A stretch of 64,000 nt of DNA from Candidatus Multivoradales bacterium (GCA_965223155.1 CBDCVR010000015.1:864001-928000); one strand, 5' to 3'. Shown: positions 1 through 9,583, counted from the first letter of the stretch. The notes: a model not told the origin generated them from the sequence alone. Program-made: numbers and translations.

Positions 1-543
1 TTGAATCCGGGCGCTCTCGATGGCGCTCGCAAGTTGGTCCGCCAGAAGCTCGAGAAGCTCAAGCGTGTCTCCAGCAAACGCACCCGCCTCTTGGGAGCCG
101 ACGTCCAGGACTCCGATGACACGATCCTCCACGAACAGCGGGATCGCGACTTCGGAACGGACGTCCGCCGAGGCCGCGATGTATCGGGGCTCGGAGAGGA
201 CATCGTCCACGACCAGGGTCCCCTTGCGCTCCGCCGCGCTGCCCACGATTCCCTGGCCTATGCCAAAGCGCCAGTGTTCGACGACTTCGCGCGAAAAGCC
301 CTCGGCGAAGGCGAAGCGCAGCTCGCCGCCGAAATCGTCGAGGAGGAGCACCGCCAGGCTGGCGAAATCCACGATCCCGCGCAGCTGCTCGGCGACTCGA
401 CCTAAGCCCTCGGCCAGGTCCGAACCGGCATTCAGGCTCTGAACCGAGCGCAAGAGACCGCGCAGAGCACGGTCGTGCGCCAGCCGGCTCTGGGCCGGCC
501 GGATCCCGGAAGCTCCGGGCTTGGGTTGGGAAGTCTGGCTCAC
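1..543 (-). CDS. GAF-domain signalling protein, N-terminal part (runs off the window edge)
   Basis: Not in the ORF track. Manual translation from GTG at 543 (GGAGG just upstream) gives ...GIGQGIVGSAAERKGPLVVDDVLSEPRYI...SEVAIPLFVEDRVIGVLDV...LADQLASAIESAR, a typical GAF domain, open to position 1. Confidence 0.85.
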   Translation of the reverse strand, partial: MSQTSQPKPGASGIRPAQSRLAHDRALRGLLRSVQSLNAGSDLAEGLGRVAEQLRGIVDFASLAVLLLDDFGGELRFAFAEGFSREVVEHWRFGIGQGIVGSAAERKGTLVVDDVLSEPRYIAASADVRSEVAIPLFVEDRVIGVLDVGSQEAGAFAGDTLELLELLADQLASAIESARIQ

Positions 544-629
544 GGAACCTCCTAGGCCTCCAACAGGGAATCTATCGACTTTCTTCCCAGGCTCCCAGGG
601 GGATTTGACAGAATCATGCCTCTTCCGAG

Positions 630-2150
630 ATGGCCGTAGATTCGCAAAGCGCGCTCTTCGTTCTTGCCTGCCTCTTGTTCGAGCTGGGCATTGTCGCGAT
701 CCCCATCTTCTACCTCTTTCGGATTCGGCGGCGGGTCGGCATCGGTCCGCTCCTGGTCCTGCTGGGCTCGAACCAGGTCCTGGCGGTCGTCCTGGCCTCG
801 ACCGTCTACTTCGAGATCCAGCCAGGCCTCCTGGTCTCACCGGGCTCGGCGGTGCTCTTTACCGGTCTGATCGCCGCCGCCCTGCTGGTGTATCTGCGCG
901 AAGACATTCCCAAGACGCGCAGCCTTCTCTTCGCTTTCGTGCTGGTCAACGCCTCGATCTTCGTTCTGCTCTGGTTGACCGGGTACCAAATGGTTGCCCT
1001 GCCGAGCCAGAACCTGCTCGAGGTTCCGATTGAACTCTTTGAGCTCAATCCCAGGGTGATGGCAGCCGGCACCTTGGCGCTGACTCTCGACGTGTTCCTG
1101 CTCGCGATCTTCTGGGAGGCGTTGCGCCGGTCGCTTCCCAACCTGCCGCGAGCTCTCCGGGTGCTCCTCGTCATTGTTGCCGTGCTTTGTGTCGATGCAG
1201 CCGTCTTCACCACGGTGGCGTTCTGGGGCAGCCCCAATCTCGACGCGCTTCTGGAGGGCCAGCTCGTCACCAAGGTCTTCTTTGGCGTCATCTGGGGCGG
1301 CCTTCTTTCAGCCTACCTCCGCTGGGTGGAGCCGATTGCGGTGCGTTCCATGCAGGAAACCGGCGAGCTCGCGGTCTTTTCGATCCTGACCTACAGGGAG
1401 CGCATCGAGCAGGTCCGGATGGAGCTCGAGGCCGAGCGCTCAGCCAATATCGCAAAGACTCGCTTCCTGGCCCATATGAGCCACGAGTTGCGCACGCCTC
1501 TCAATGCCATCTTAGGATTTACCAAGCTCCTTCAGTCGCCCTCGGCACCGGCCGCCGAGGACCAGAGGCGCCTTTACCTCGAACGGGTCTTCGACAACGG
1601 CCGCCACCTTCTCCATCTGATCAACGGCATCCTGGATCTGTCCAAGATCGAAGCCGGCAAGATCGATATCCATATCGAGCCGGTCGAGGTGGGCTCGCTG
1701 GTCGAGCGCACCATCGAAGAGCTGCGCAGCCAGGCCGCCGCCAAGGAACTCGCTCTCGAAACCCACATCCCGGCCGGAGCGGTCACGCTGGTCACCGACC
1801 CGGTGCGGCTCAAGCAGATCGTCATCAACCTGGTCGGCAACGCGATCAAGTTCACCCACACCGGAGGCGTTCGAATCCAGCTCGGCGAAAGCGCGCACCG
1901 CTGGCACCTCGAAGTCACCGATACCGGCATCGGCATTCCGGCCGACCAGATCGACCGGGTCTTCGAACCGTTCACTCAGGTCGAGGGAGGCCTCTCCCGC
2001 CGCCATCCCGGCACCGGCCTCGGACTGGCCATCACCAGAGCCTTGTGCGAGCAACTTGGGTTTGCCATCTCGATCGACAGCCGGGAAGGTAACGGTACGA
2101 GCATCCGCGTCGAGCTTCAGGATTTCCACGAAGGGCAGGTCGTCGCATGA
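630..2150 (+). CDS. Membrane sensor histidine kinase with multi-TM N-terminal (VUT/YhhQ-like) domain
   Basis: H-box FLAHMSHELRTPLNAI, N-box NLVGNAIKFT, G-boxes DTGIGI and GTGLGL; about 7 hydrophobic helices at the N-terminus. Confidence 0.92.
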   Translation: MAVDSQSALFVLACLLFELGIVAIPIFYLFRIRRRVGIGPLLVLLGSNQVLAVVLASTVYFEIQPGLLVSPGSAVLFTGLIAAALLVYLREDIPKTRSLLFAFVLVNASIFVLLWLTGYQMVALPSQNLLEVPIELFELNPRVMAAGTLALTLDVFLLAIFWEALRRSLPNLPRALRVLLVIVAVLCVDAAVFTTVAFWGSPNLDALLEGQLVTKVFFGVIWGGLLSAYLRWVEPIAVRSMQETGELAVFSILTYRERIEQVRMELEAERSANIAKTRFLAHMSHELRTPLNAILGFTKLLQSPSAPAAEDQRRLYLERVFDNGRHLLHLINGILDLSKIEAGKIDIHIEPVEVGSLVERTIEELRSQAAAKELALETHIPAGAVTLVTDPVRLKQIVINLVGNAIKFTHTGGVRIQLGESAHRWHLEVTDTGIGIPADQIDRVFEPFTQVEGGLSRRHPGTGLGLAITRALCEQLGFAISIDSREGNGTSIRVELQDFHEGQVVA

Positions 2151-4111
2151 GCCAAGAACGAGCATCTGAGCTCCCATCCGAGATGGCGCCGTCGCGCTAC
2201 ATCGAGAAGGTCCGTCTCGCGACCGGAGAGATCCTGGAGGACGCGATCGAACCGCGGCGGCTCTTGGTGCACACCCACCGGGACTACCACGTCGTCGATA
2301 TCCACGCTCGCTACATGATGAGCCGGGTGGTCAAGGCCACCGGCGACGAGAGCGCGGCCCGGCGCAAGATGAAGGAGATGCGCGCCCTCGGCCAGCGCAC
2401 CTCGCGGATGCTGGCCAAGATGATCGGCGAAGAGAATCCAGAACGCATCTCCAAGGCTCTTTTCGGCCTCAAGGATCGCGACTATTACTTCCGCTACCGC
2501 CGTCACCCTCTAACCGGCGACGAGATCGCGGCCAGGATTGGCGAGTTGCGCAGGCGGGCCGCCGGCCAGCTGGAACGGAACCGCGAGGACGGCCGTCTGG
2601 CGTTACGCGTGCTTCTCACTGGGGGCACCGGCTTCGTCGGTAAAGAAACTCTCTGGCAGGCGGCTTCCGACCCCGAGATCGCCGAGGTCGTGGTGGTCAT
2701 TCGTCCCAAGACCATCCGCGACCGCAAGACCGGCGAGGTACTCGACGTGCTCGATCCCGCCGACCGCGGCAGGCTGCTTCTCGAGGAGCTCTGGCTCGCC
2801 GACCATCCCGACCGCTCGAAGTTTCGCTTCATCGGCGGCGACGTCGAGGAGCCCAACCTGGGGATTGCCGAGGACGTGCTCGCGACGCTTCGAGCCACCC
2901 TGACCCACGTCATTCACTGCGCCGCTAGCGTCGCCTTCGACGACCCCTATGAGGCGTCCTTTCGCGCCAACGTCAACGGCACGGTCAACGCGCTCGAGTT
3001 CTCACTCGGGCTCCAGGAGGCCCCGGGCAGTCCCTTCGTCTCGCACCTGTCGGTCGAGACTTCGTACATCCACGGACGTCAGACCAAGGAGGTGGCGCGC
3101 GAGGACGAGGTCGTCTTCCCACGTAACTTCTACAACAACTACTACGAGCTCACCAAGGCGATGGCGTCGATCGAGACCGAGCGCTTCATGCTCGAACGCG
3201 GTCTGCGGGTAGCACAGGTCTGCCCGGCGATCGTCATCGGTGAGTCCCGAGCCGGCAACAATCGCGGTGACACCAAGGTCGTCAACGCCCCGGTCAACGT
3301 CTTCGGTCGAGCCCAGCAGGCGATTACAGGACGGTTCGGCGAAGGCAAAGCCGAGCCCCGATCCGATCGATCCGGCCGGCCCGGCCGATCCGGCGGCCGC
3401 GTGCGCTGGCGGGATCGCTCGAAGGCGGCGGCAATCGCTCGCCTGGCGTGCATCTTTCCCGGCGATCCTTCCGCCCAGATCAACTTGATCCCGGTCGACC
3501 GGGTCGCCGCGGGCATGCTGGCCGCGCTCAAACGCGCCGAAGCAGTTGGCGAGCGCGTACACCTCGCCAGCGACACCCGGATCACCTCCAAGCAGATTCA
3601 GACCATCGTCAAGGAAGAACTTGGCGTCGACGTGCGCTTGACCGAGCCGACGCTCCACCGCACCGTCACCCTGCCGCTCCTGACCAAGGTCCTGACCCGC
3701 CTAGGCCAAGGACGGACCGCCAACGCTCTCGAGAAGCTGGGCGGCATCTTTGGCGGCTACAGTGAGTGGGGGCAGCCCGTGCACCAGGTAGGAAAGGACG
3801 TCGAGGTCCTGGGCCTGCCGGCCGAGCGGCCCCAGGCAGAGCACGCTTTTCGCATGCTCTGTCGCCACAACAAGTGGGTCCAGAACTTCGGTCAGATCCG
3901 GGACCCCTTGGAGATCTCGCGCCGGGAGCGCATCTGGTGGAGCTTCATCCAGGATCTGGAGCAGCGCCATGGCAAGCCCGCGGGCGCCATCCCGAGCGAC
4001 GAGTTTCTGACTGAGCTCGAGAAGGCTCTAGACACGGAGGCCTTCGAGGCGCGCCCGCCGGGCTCCCGGGTACCCTCAAGTCCGGCTCACGAGGGTTCGG
4101 AGACGGCCTGA
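2147..4111 (+). CDS. Extended SDR / NAD_binding_4 (fatty acyl-CoA reductase/thioester reductase-like) protein
   Basis: TGGTGFVG nucleotide-binding motif, HCAASV, catalytic YELTK (YxxxK); ATGA overlap with the kinase gene. Confidence 0.85.
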   Translation: MSQERASELPSEMAPSRYIEKVRLATGEILEDAIEPRRLLVHTHRDYHVVDIHARYMMSRVVKATGDESAARRKMKEMRALGQRTSRMLAKMIGEENPERISKALFGLKDRDYYFRYRRHPLTGDEIAARIGELRRRAAGQLERNREDGRLALRVLLTGGTGFVGKETLWQAASDPEIAEVVVVIRPKTIRDRKTGEVLDVLDPADRGRLLLEELWLADHPDRSKFRFIGGDVEEPNLGIAEDVLATLRATLTHVIHCAASVAFDDPYEASFRANVNGTVNALEFSLGLQEAPGSPFVSHLSVETSYIHGRQTKEVAREDEVVFPRNFYNNYYELTKAMASIETERFMLERGLRVAQVCPAIVIGESRAGNNRGDTKVVNAPVNVFGRAQQAITGRFGEGKAEPRSDRSGRPGRSGGRVRWRDRSKAAAIARLACIFPGDPSAQINLIPVDRVAAGMLAALKRAEAVGERVHLASDTRITSKQIQTIVKEELGVDVRLTEPTLHRTVTLPLLTKVLTRLGQGRTANALEKLGGIFGGYSEWGQPVHQVGKDVEVLGLPAERPQAEHAFRMLCRHNKWVQNFGQIRDPLEISRRERIWWSFIQDLEQRHGKPAGAIPSDEFLTELEKALDTEAFEARPPGSRVPSSPAHEGSETA

Positions 4112-5007
4112 GAAGGCCTCTTTGCAATCGCCTTGGTCATGACGATCGCACGGCCAGAGTCCTCGTGCCGAACGGTGTCCATGAACGCCGCGATTAGGTA
4201 AAGGCCGCGGCCGCTGGTCTTCAGCAGATTCTCCGGATCGGTCGGGTTGGGTATCGCGCTCGGGTCAAAGCCGCGGCCTTCGTCCCGGACCACGCATCGG
4301 AACTGGCCGGGGGTGAGCTCGATCTCCACGGTCACCCGCCGCCGGGCGAAGCCGGGCTGGCCCAGCCGTTTCTCCACCTGAGCCGAATACACCAGGGAGG
4401 ACTCCTCGCGAAGCTCCGAGCTGACTTCCAGATTGCCGTGGTGCATGGCGTTGCGAACCGCTTCCTGCACCGCGACGCCAACCTGCATGGCCGAGACTTC
4501 ATCCTCCGACAGCCGGCGCTCGACCAGAAGGCTCTGGACAAAGTGGACCAGCGGCGGAATCAAGATCTCTTCATTCGCCAAGCGAAACTCGAATCGCGAG
4601 CTCATGAGGTGCGACAGAAGACGGGCCCGCTCGCGGTGCTGGTTGGCCACCGCCAAGACGCTCTCGACCGTCGGAACGAGATCGCCCATGATGCGCCGCT
4701 TGGGCACGTAGCTGACGGCACCTTTCTTCAAAGCTCTCTGCGCCACCTCACCACTACCGAAGGCGGTTACCAGAATCACCGGCAGGTTCGGATGCTTCTC
4801 GCGGACCTTCTCGACCAGGACCATGCCGTTCATGCCGGGCATCACGAGGTCCGTGACGACCGCGTCTGGGCGCTTCGTATCGAGGAGCTCGAGAGCACTC
4901 TCGACACTGTCGGCAGCGCGGGTCTCCAGACCGGCCTTCTCCAGGAGCGCTCGGATGAGGAGCACCTGGTCGCCGCTGTCGTCAACAACCAGAACTTCGT
5001 TCGCCAT
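4087..5007 (-). CDS. Response regulator receiver fused to RsbW-like HATPase_c_2 (anti-sigma Ser kinase) domain
   Basis: True start is likely MANEVLVVDD; receiver motif TDLVMPGMNG; C-terminal EAVRNAMHHGN, DEGRGFD, SGRGLYLI. Confidence 0.88.
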   Translation of the reverse strand: MANEVLVVDDSGDQVLLIRALLEKAGLETRAADSVESALELLDTKRPDAVVTDLVMPGMNGMVLVEKVREKHPNLPVILVTAFGSGEVAQRALKKGAVSYVPKRRIMGDLVPTVESVLAVANQHRERARLLSHLMSSRFEFRLANEEILIPPLVHFVQSLLVERRLSEDEVSAMQVGVAVQEAVRNAMHHGNLEVSSELREESSLVYSAQVEKRLGQPGFARRRVTVEIELTPGQFRCVVRDEGRGFDPSAIPNPTDPENLLKTSGRGLYLIAAFMDTVRHEDSGRAIVMTKAIAKRPSQAVSEPS

Positions 5008-6652
5008 GCAATCGCTTTCTTGGGCCGGCAGTCTATACTTTTCGGGTTTGGGAGCCTTTCGCCGCCGCGCCGATTCGAACCCGCCAAGCTCCGCGTCGAT
5101 CCGCAGTCCGGAACCGGTCGTGGAAACCGCCCACGGCAGGCTCCGGGGCGTGGCGCTCGAGACCGGAGTGTTCCGCTTCTCCGGCATTCCTTTCGCGGCG
5201 CCGCCTGTCGGGGCCCTGCGCTTCGCCGACCCCCAGCCACCCGAGCCGTGGCCCGGCATCCGCCCCGCCGGTGAGGTCGGCCCGGCGGCGCCCCAGCTCG
5301 CGGTCGGCGCCATGGGGCCCATCGGACGCTTGTCACGCCTGGTTCGCGGCCCCATGGCCGAGGACTGCCTGACCCTCAATGTCTGGACGCCGGGCCTCGG
5401 CGGCGCTTCGCGGCCGGTCCTGGTCTGGTTCCATGGTGGCGCGTTTGTCTTGGGCGCGGGCTCGACGTTTCTCTACGATGCCGCCCATCTGGCGGCAAGC
5501 GGAGACGTCGTGGTGGTCTCGGTCAACTACCGTCTGGGGGCCCTCGGCTTCCTGGACCTCACGCGCCTCACCCGCAGGCGAGACGCACCCTCCAATCTGG
5601 GGCTGAAGGATCAGATCGCCGCTTTGCATTGGGTGCGGGACACGATCGCCGCCTTCGGAGGCGCCGCCGACCAGGTCACGGTCTTCGGAGAATCGGCCGG
5701 AGCGATGAGCGTGGGCACCCTGCTGGCGGCCGCACCCCATCTGTTTCGCCGCGCGATCCTCCAGAGCGGAGCCGCCGCCAACGTTTCGTCTCCCGCCGAG
5801 GCGGCCTACGTCGCGGCCCAGTTCCTGGACGCTCTGGAGGTCGATCCGGATCGGTTCGAAAGGCTGCGCGAGATCGACATCGAGACGATCTTGAAGGCTC
5901 AAAGATCGGTCTTGTTCGGAGAATGGCGCCGCATGGGCCGGCTGCCATGGCAGCCGAGCGTCGACGGCACGACGGTGCCGAACGCGCCGGTCGCAGACAT
6001 CGCCCGCGGGCGCGCCGGCAACATCGACATCCTCCTCGGCACCAACCTGGACGAGTGGAAGCTCTTTACCGCCGGCGCGGTCATGCTGCGGGGCATGAGC
6101 CATCGGGATCTGGAGACAAGGATCGCCTGGAGCCTCCGGCTCTGGGGCATCCGACACGCGCAGGCGGCCGAGGTTCGGAACTACTACCTAGACCTTGTCG
6201 CCCGGCGCAAGCGCCGGCCGACGCCCTACGAGGCCTGGGTGGCGTTTCGAAGCGACCAGTTCTTTCGGATGCCGGCCCGCGATCTCGCCAATCGCCAGAG
6301 CCGGCACACCGGCGCCGTGTTTCTGTACCGCTTCGATCAGCCGATACCCGCGTTTCGCCACTCACTGGGCGCTTGCCACGCAGCCGAGGTTCCCTTGGTC
6401 TTCGGCACCCATCGCACCGCCCTGCTCCGGCCGCTCTATCTCGGCAGCCGCCGCATCGACAGCCTCTCCCGGCTGATGCAATCCGCCTGGCTCTCCTTCG
6501 CCCGTACCGGGCGGCCCGAAGACGACGAGATCGGTCCTTGGCCCGAATTCGAGCCGGAGGGCGACTCCACCCGGGCGCTGGGCTCTCCAGAAACCGTACT
6601 CCGGGAGGTCGACGAGACCAGCCTCGACCTCTGGCTGCGGCCGGCCGGGTAG
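5006..6652 (+). CDS. Carboxylesterase type B (para-nitrobenzyl esterase-like); start uncertain (ATG 5006 or TTG 5048)
   Basis: GIPFAAPPVGALRF, EDCLTLNVW, HGGAF, GESAG nucleophile motif, GACHAAEV. Confidence 0.9.
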   Translation: MQSLSWAGSLYFSGLGAFRRRADSNPPSSASIRSPEPVVETAHGRLRGVALETGVFRFSGIPFAAPPVGALRFADPQPPEPWPGIRPAGEVGPAAPQLAVGAMGPIGRLSRLVRGPMAEDCLTLNVWTPGLGGASRPVLVWFHGGAFVLGAGSTFLYDAAHLAASGDVVVVSVNYRLGALGFLDLTRLTRRRDAPSNLGLKDQIAALHWVRDTIAAFGGAADQVTVFGESAGAMSVGTLLAAAPHLFRRAILQSGAAANVSSPAEAAYVAAQFLDALEVDPDRFERLREIDIETILKAQRSVLFGEWRRMGRLPWQPSVDGTTVPNAPVADIARGRAGNIDILLGTNLDEWKLFTAGAVMLRGMSHRDLETRIAWSLRLWGIRHAQAAEVRNYYLDLVARRKRRPTPYEAWVAFRSDQFFRMPARDLANRQSRHTGAVFLYRFDQPIPAFRHSLGACHAAEVPLVFGTHRTALLRPLYLGSRRIDSLSRLMQSAWLSFARTGRPEDDEIGPWPEFEPEGDSTRALGSPETVLREVDETSLDLWLRPAG

Positions 6653-6726
6653 GGCGGTGGGCCCGGTCCGAGCCGGCCGGAGCCGGTCGAAAGCAGGCCC
6701 GACCAAGTTTGATCAGGACCGAGGCC

Positions 6727-6771
6727 TTGACAGAGGAGCCCTTCCAGAGTACTCTTTTTGAGTACTCAAAA
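6727..6771 (+). promoter_or_regulatory. Sigma70 promoter with overlapping palindromic operator candidates
   Basis: TTGACA (6727-6732), 17-nt spacer, TACTCT (6750-6755); palindromes AGAGTACTCT (6746-6755) and TTTTGAGTACTCAAAA (6756-6771). Confidence 0.8.
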
Positions 6772-6803
6772 TTCCTTGCGCCGCTTACTCCGGTTAGACC
6801 ACC

Positions 6804-8699
6804 ATGCCAAATTCAACCTCGAACCGATTTCTTCTCGCTAGCGTTTTTCTGCTTGGGCTCGCAACCGCGCCGGCACCCGCGCACATCGTGCCCCCGGAGG
6901 CGCTTCATCCGGTTGCCGAGAGCTACCGCCGTCTCGAGTTCTTTCTGAATCTGAATCCAGTGCCCTGGGACCAGGTCGCGGCCGATTCGCGGCGGATCGC
7001 CGGCGAGCTCGATCGGCTCGGCACCGAGGATCCGTTTGCCGAGGCCCTCGAGGACCGGCTCCGCGCTCTCGAGTCCGAGCGCGGATCCGGGGCCTGGGAC
7101 GCCGGCGCCCGGCGCCAAGCCGGGGCCGCGATTCTGGAAGAAGCGACCCGAGCAGTCGCCCGCACGGTCGTGGCCGAGTTGGATGCCGCCCGAACGCATC
7201 TCGCCGAGTACTCCCGCGCGGCGCGCCATCTCGAAACCGCCCGACGACTCTGGCAGGCGTTCGAGCCCGCGGTGGCGGCGGCGCACCCGGACGAGTTCGT
7301 CCGCCTGGGCGAGTGCTGGCTCGAGCTGGCCTCGGCCCTGGGACATCCGGGACTCGGAGGAATCGGAGGGGTCGCCCCCGACGAGGCCACGTTCGCCTTG
7401 GAAACGGCCGAGGTCTCCGAGTACCTGGCCGCGCACTTCACCGACACGGTCCGTATCCCGCAAATGGGCCGCCTGGCGCCCCTGCCCGGTGTTGAGCTTG
7501 CCGCCTATTCCCCGGGCCGCATGCTGGCGCCCGGCTTCAATCTCAACAAACAGATTCCCCGGCCAAGGCAGATCCTGAACATGGCGACCCGCGGCGTTGA
7601 CGAGCGCGACACGCCGCTGGTGGCCTTGGGAGACATGGCTTTCGACAGCGCCTTGATCTTCGGCGAGCCGGCGCGTTCGCTGGCGATCACCTGCAACACC
7701 TGCCACAACAAGGGCGTAACCAATCCGCAGTTCTTTATCCCTGGTCTGTCCCGGCGCCCCGGCGGCATGGACGTCTCGAACGGTTTCTTCGCCGCTCACG
7801 CCAACAACGGACACTTCGATCCGCTCGACATCCCCGATTTGCGGGGCCTGCGTTTTACCGCGCCCTATGGCCGCAACGGCCGCTTCGACTCGTTGCGCGA
7901 GTTCACCCGCAATGTGATCGTCAACGAGTTCTCCGGCCCCGATCCCGATCCGCTGCTGCTCGACGGCTTGGTGGCGTACATGCTCGAGTTCGACTTCCTG
8001 CCGAACCCCTACCTGGAGGCCGACGGCTCGCTCACGGCTGAGGCCCCGGAGGCGGCGAAGCGCGGCGAGGTTCTCTTCTTGCGCGAGTACCCGGGCCTGG
8101 GCGGGCGTTCCTGCGCCTCGTGCCACGTCCCCTCCGACCACTTCCTGGATCGCAAGCGCCACGACCTCGGCTCGGTCGCGGGCGCCGAAAGCCATTCGAA
8201 GGACCGGGCTCTGGACACGCCGACGCTGCTGAGCAGCACGTATACGGCCCCGTATTTCCATGATGGACGCTTCGAGACCCTGGCCGAGGTCGTCGACTGG
8301 TTCGACGCCCGCTTCGAGCTCGGCTTGAGCGAGGAGCAAGCCTCCGATCTGACCGCCTATCTCGAAACCATCGGCGACGGCGTCGAGGCTTATGAAGACA
8401 CGATTCATACCCTTGAGTCCGAGCTCGAAGAGTTCGACTTCTTTCTTTCCACCTACGAGTTCCTGAAGACCCGCGGCAACGACGTCTTGATCGACGTCAC
8501 CTTCGGCACCATCGCGTTCGAGATCCGAGCCCACAAGTGGGACGTTCAGGATCCGGAGAACCTGCCGCTGCTGGATCGGCTGGCGGCGATGATGGACGAA
8601 GCCCGAACCGCCTTCGCCGCCGGCGACGTCGGGACCGCCGACACCGTGGTGACCGAGTACCGCCGACTCTACAGGAGCAACGCGGAGATCTTGCGATGA
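6804..8699 (+). CDS. Secreted di-heme cytochrome c peroxidase/MauG-superfamily protein with extra helical N- and C-terminal domains
   Basis: Signal peptide; two CxxCH motifs (CNTCH, CASCH); RGEVLF; TPTL...TAPYFHDGRFETLAEVV. Confidence 0.85.
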   Translation: MPNSTSNRFLLASVFLLGLATAPAPAHIVPPEALHPVAESYRRLEFFLNLNPVPWDQVAADSRRIAGELDRLGTEDPFAEALEDRLRALESERGSGAWDAGARRQAGAAILEEATRAVARTVVAELDAARTHLAEYSRAARHLETARRLWQAFEPAVAAAHPDEFVRLGECWLELASALGHPGLGGIGGVAPDEATFALETAEVSEYLAAHFTDTVRIPQMGRLAPLPGVELAAYSPGRMLAPGFNLNKQIPRPRQILNMATRGVDERDTPLVALGDMAFDSALIFGEPARSLAITCNTCHNKGVTNPQFFIPGLSRRPGGMDVSNGFFAAHANNGHFDPLDIPDLRGLRFTAPYGRNGRFDSLREFTRNVIVNEFSGPDPDPLLLDGLVAYMLEFDFLPNPYLEADGSLTAEAPEAAKRGEVLFLREYPGLGGRSCASCHVPSDHFLDRKRHDLGSVAGAESHSKDRALDTPTLLSSTYTAPYFHDGRFETLAEVVDWFDARFELGLSEEQASDLTAYLETIGDGVEAYEDTIHTLESELEEFDFFLSTYEFLKTRGNDVLIDVTFGTIAFEIRAHKWDVQDPENLPLLDRLAAMMDEARTAFAAGDVGTADTVVTEYRRLYRSNAEILR

Positions 8700-9583
8700 C
8701 CCGACGCCTTCTTCTTGCCTTCCTTGCGGCGACCTTGGGTGCTTTGAGCGCCCCGAGCGCTCCCGCGGCCACCGCCGCCGCCGAAACTGCGCAGTCCCCA
8801 CTGCGTATCGCGTTCATCGCCTACCAGAATCCGGACCAGCTCCTCGAGAACGTCGCCCCGGTGGCCCGATATCTTGAGAGCGCGCTCGGCCGCCCGGTCG
8901 AGACCTTCGCCGCCACCGATTACGCCGGCGTGGTCGAAGCACTCAAGAACGAAACCGCCGACGCCGGCTTCATGGGTCCGCTCCAGTACATCATCGCCAA
9001 CCGCCAGGCCGGAGCGCGGCCGATCCTGGCCGAGCTCTACAACGGCTCCGCCACCTACGAGTCCCATGTTTTTGTCCGTAAGGACAGTGGCATCGACTCC
9101 TTGGCCGAGCTCGAGGGCAAGACCATCGCCTTCGTGGATCCCTTGTCCTCGTCCGGATATCTGTATCCGCTCCAGACCTTCGTTACCGCCGATCTCATCG
9201 ACTCGGCTGGCGCCGCCGACTCGTTCTTTCGCAAGGTCTACTTCGCCGGCGGCGACGAGCAGGCCGTCCGCGCGGTGCTCAACCGCTTCGTGGACGCCGC
9301 CGGCGTGGGCCAGTACTCGGTGGGTCTGCTCCGTCCCGAGGAGCGCGAAGCCATGCGAATCCTGGGCCGGTCGCGGCCGATCCCGTCCCATTGCGTGGTC
9401 GTTCGCGAAGGGCTCGACGAGGGATCGGCGCAAGCCCTCCAAGAGGCGCTTCTGGCTCTCAACGAAGGACCCGACCGGCCGCTCCTACGGCATCTCTACT
9501 CGGTGGACGGCTACGCCGAAGCAACCCACAAAACCTACTCCGACGTCGAGGCCCTGGCGCGTGAGCTGGGCTTCATCGACTAG
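8696..9583 (+). CDS. phnD: Phosphate/phosphite/phosphonate ABC transporter substrate-binding protein (PhnD-like)
   Basis: Signal peptide; DYAGVVEAL, LEGKTIAFVDPLSSSGYLYP, SRPIP; ATGA overlap with the di-heme gene. Confidence 0.85.
   Translation: MTRRLLLAFLAATLGALSAPSAPAATAAAETAQSPLRIAFIAYQNPDQLLENVAPVARYLESALGRPVETFAATDYAGVVEALKNETADAGFMGPLQYIIANRQAGARPILAELYNGSATYESHVFVRKDSGIDSLAELEGKTIAFVDPLSSSGYLYPLQTFVTADLIDSAGAADSFFRKVYFAGGDEQAVRAVLNRFVDAAGVGQYSVGLLRPEEREAMRILGRSRPIPSHCVVVREGLDEGSAQALQEALLALNEGPDRPLLRHLYSVDGYAEATHKTYSDVEALARELGFID

Noticed and set aside
605-633. TTGACA upstream of the histidine kinase
   Set aside because: No -10 box at 16-18 nt spacing; that position falls on the start codon.
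6813-8801. Long antisense or alternate-frame ORFs (e.g. 6813..8801, 18271..20235, 20656..22425, 32254..34641, 61981..63384)
   Set aside because: They are shadows of well-supported genes in high-GC DNA, with Arg/Pro/Gly-biased sequence and no family motifs.
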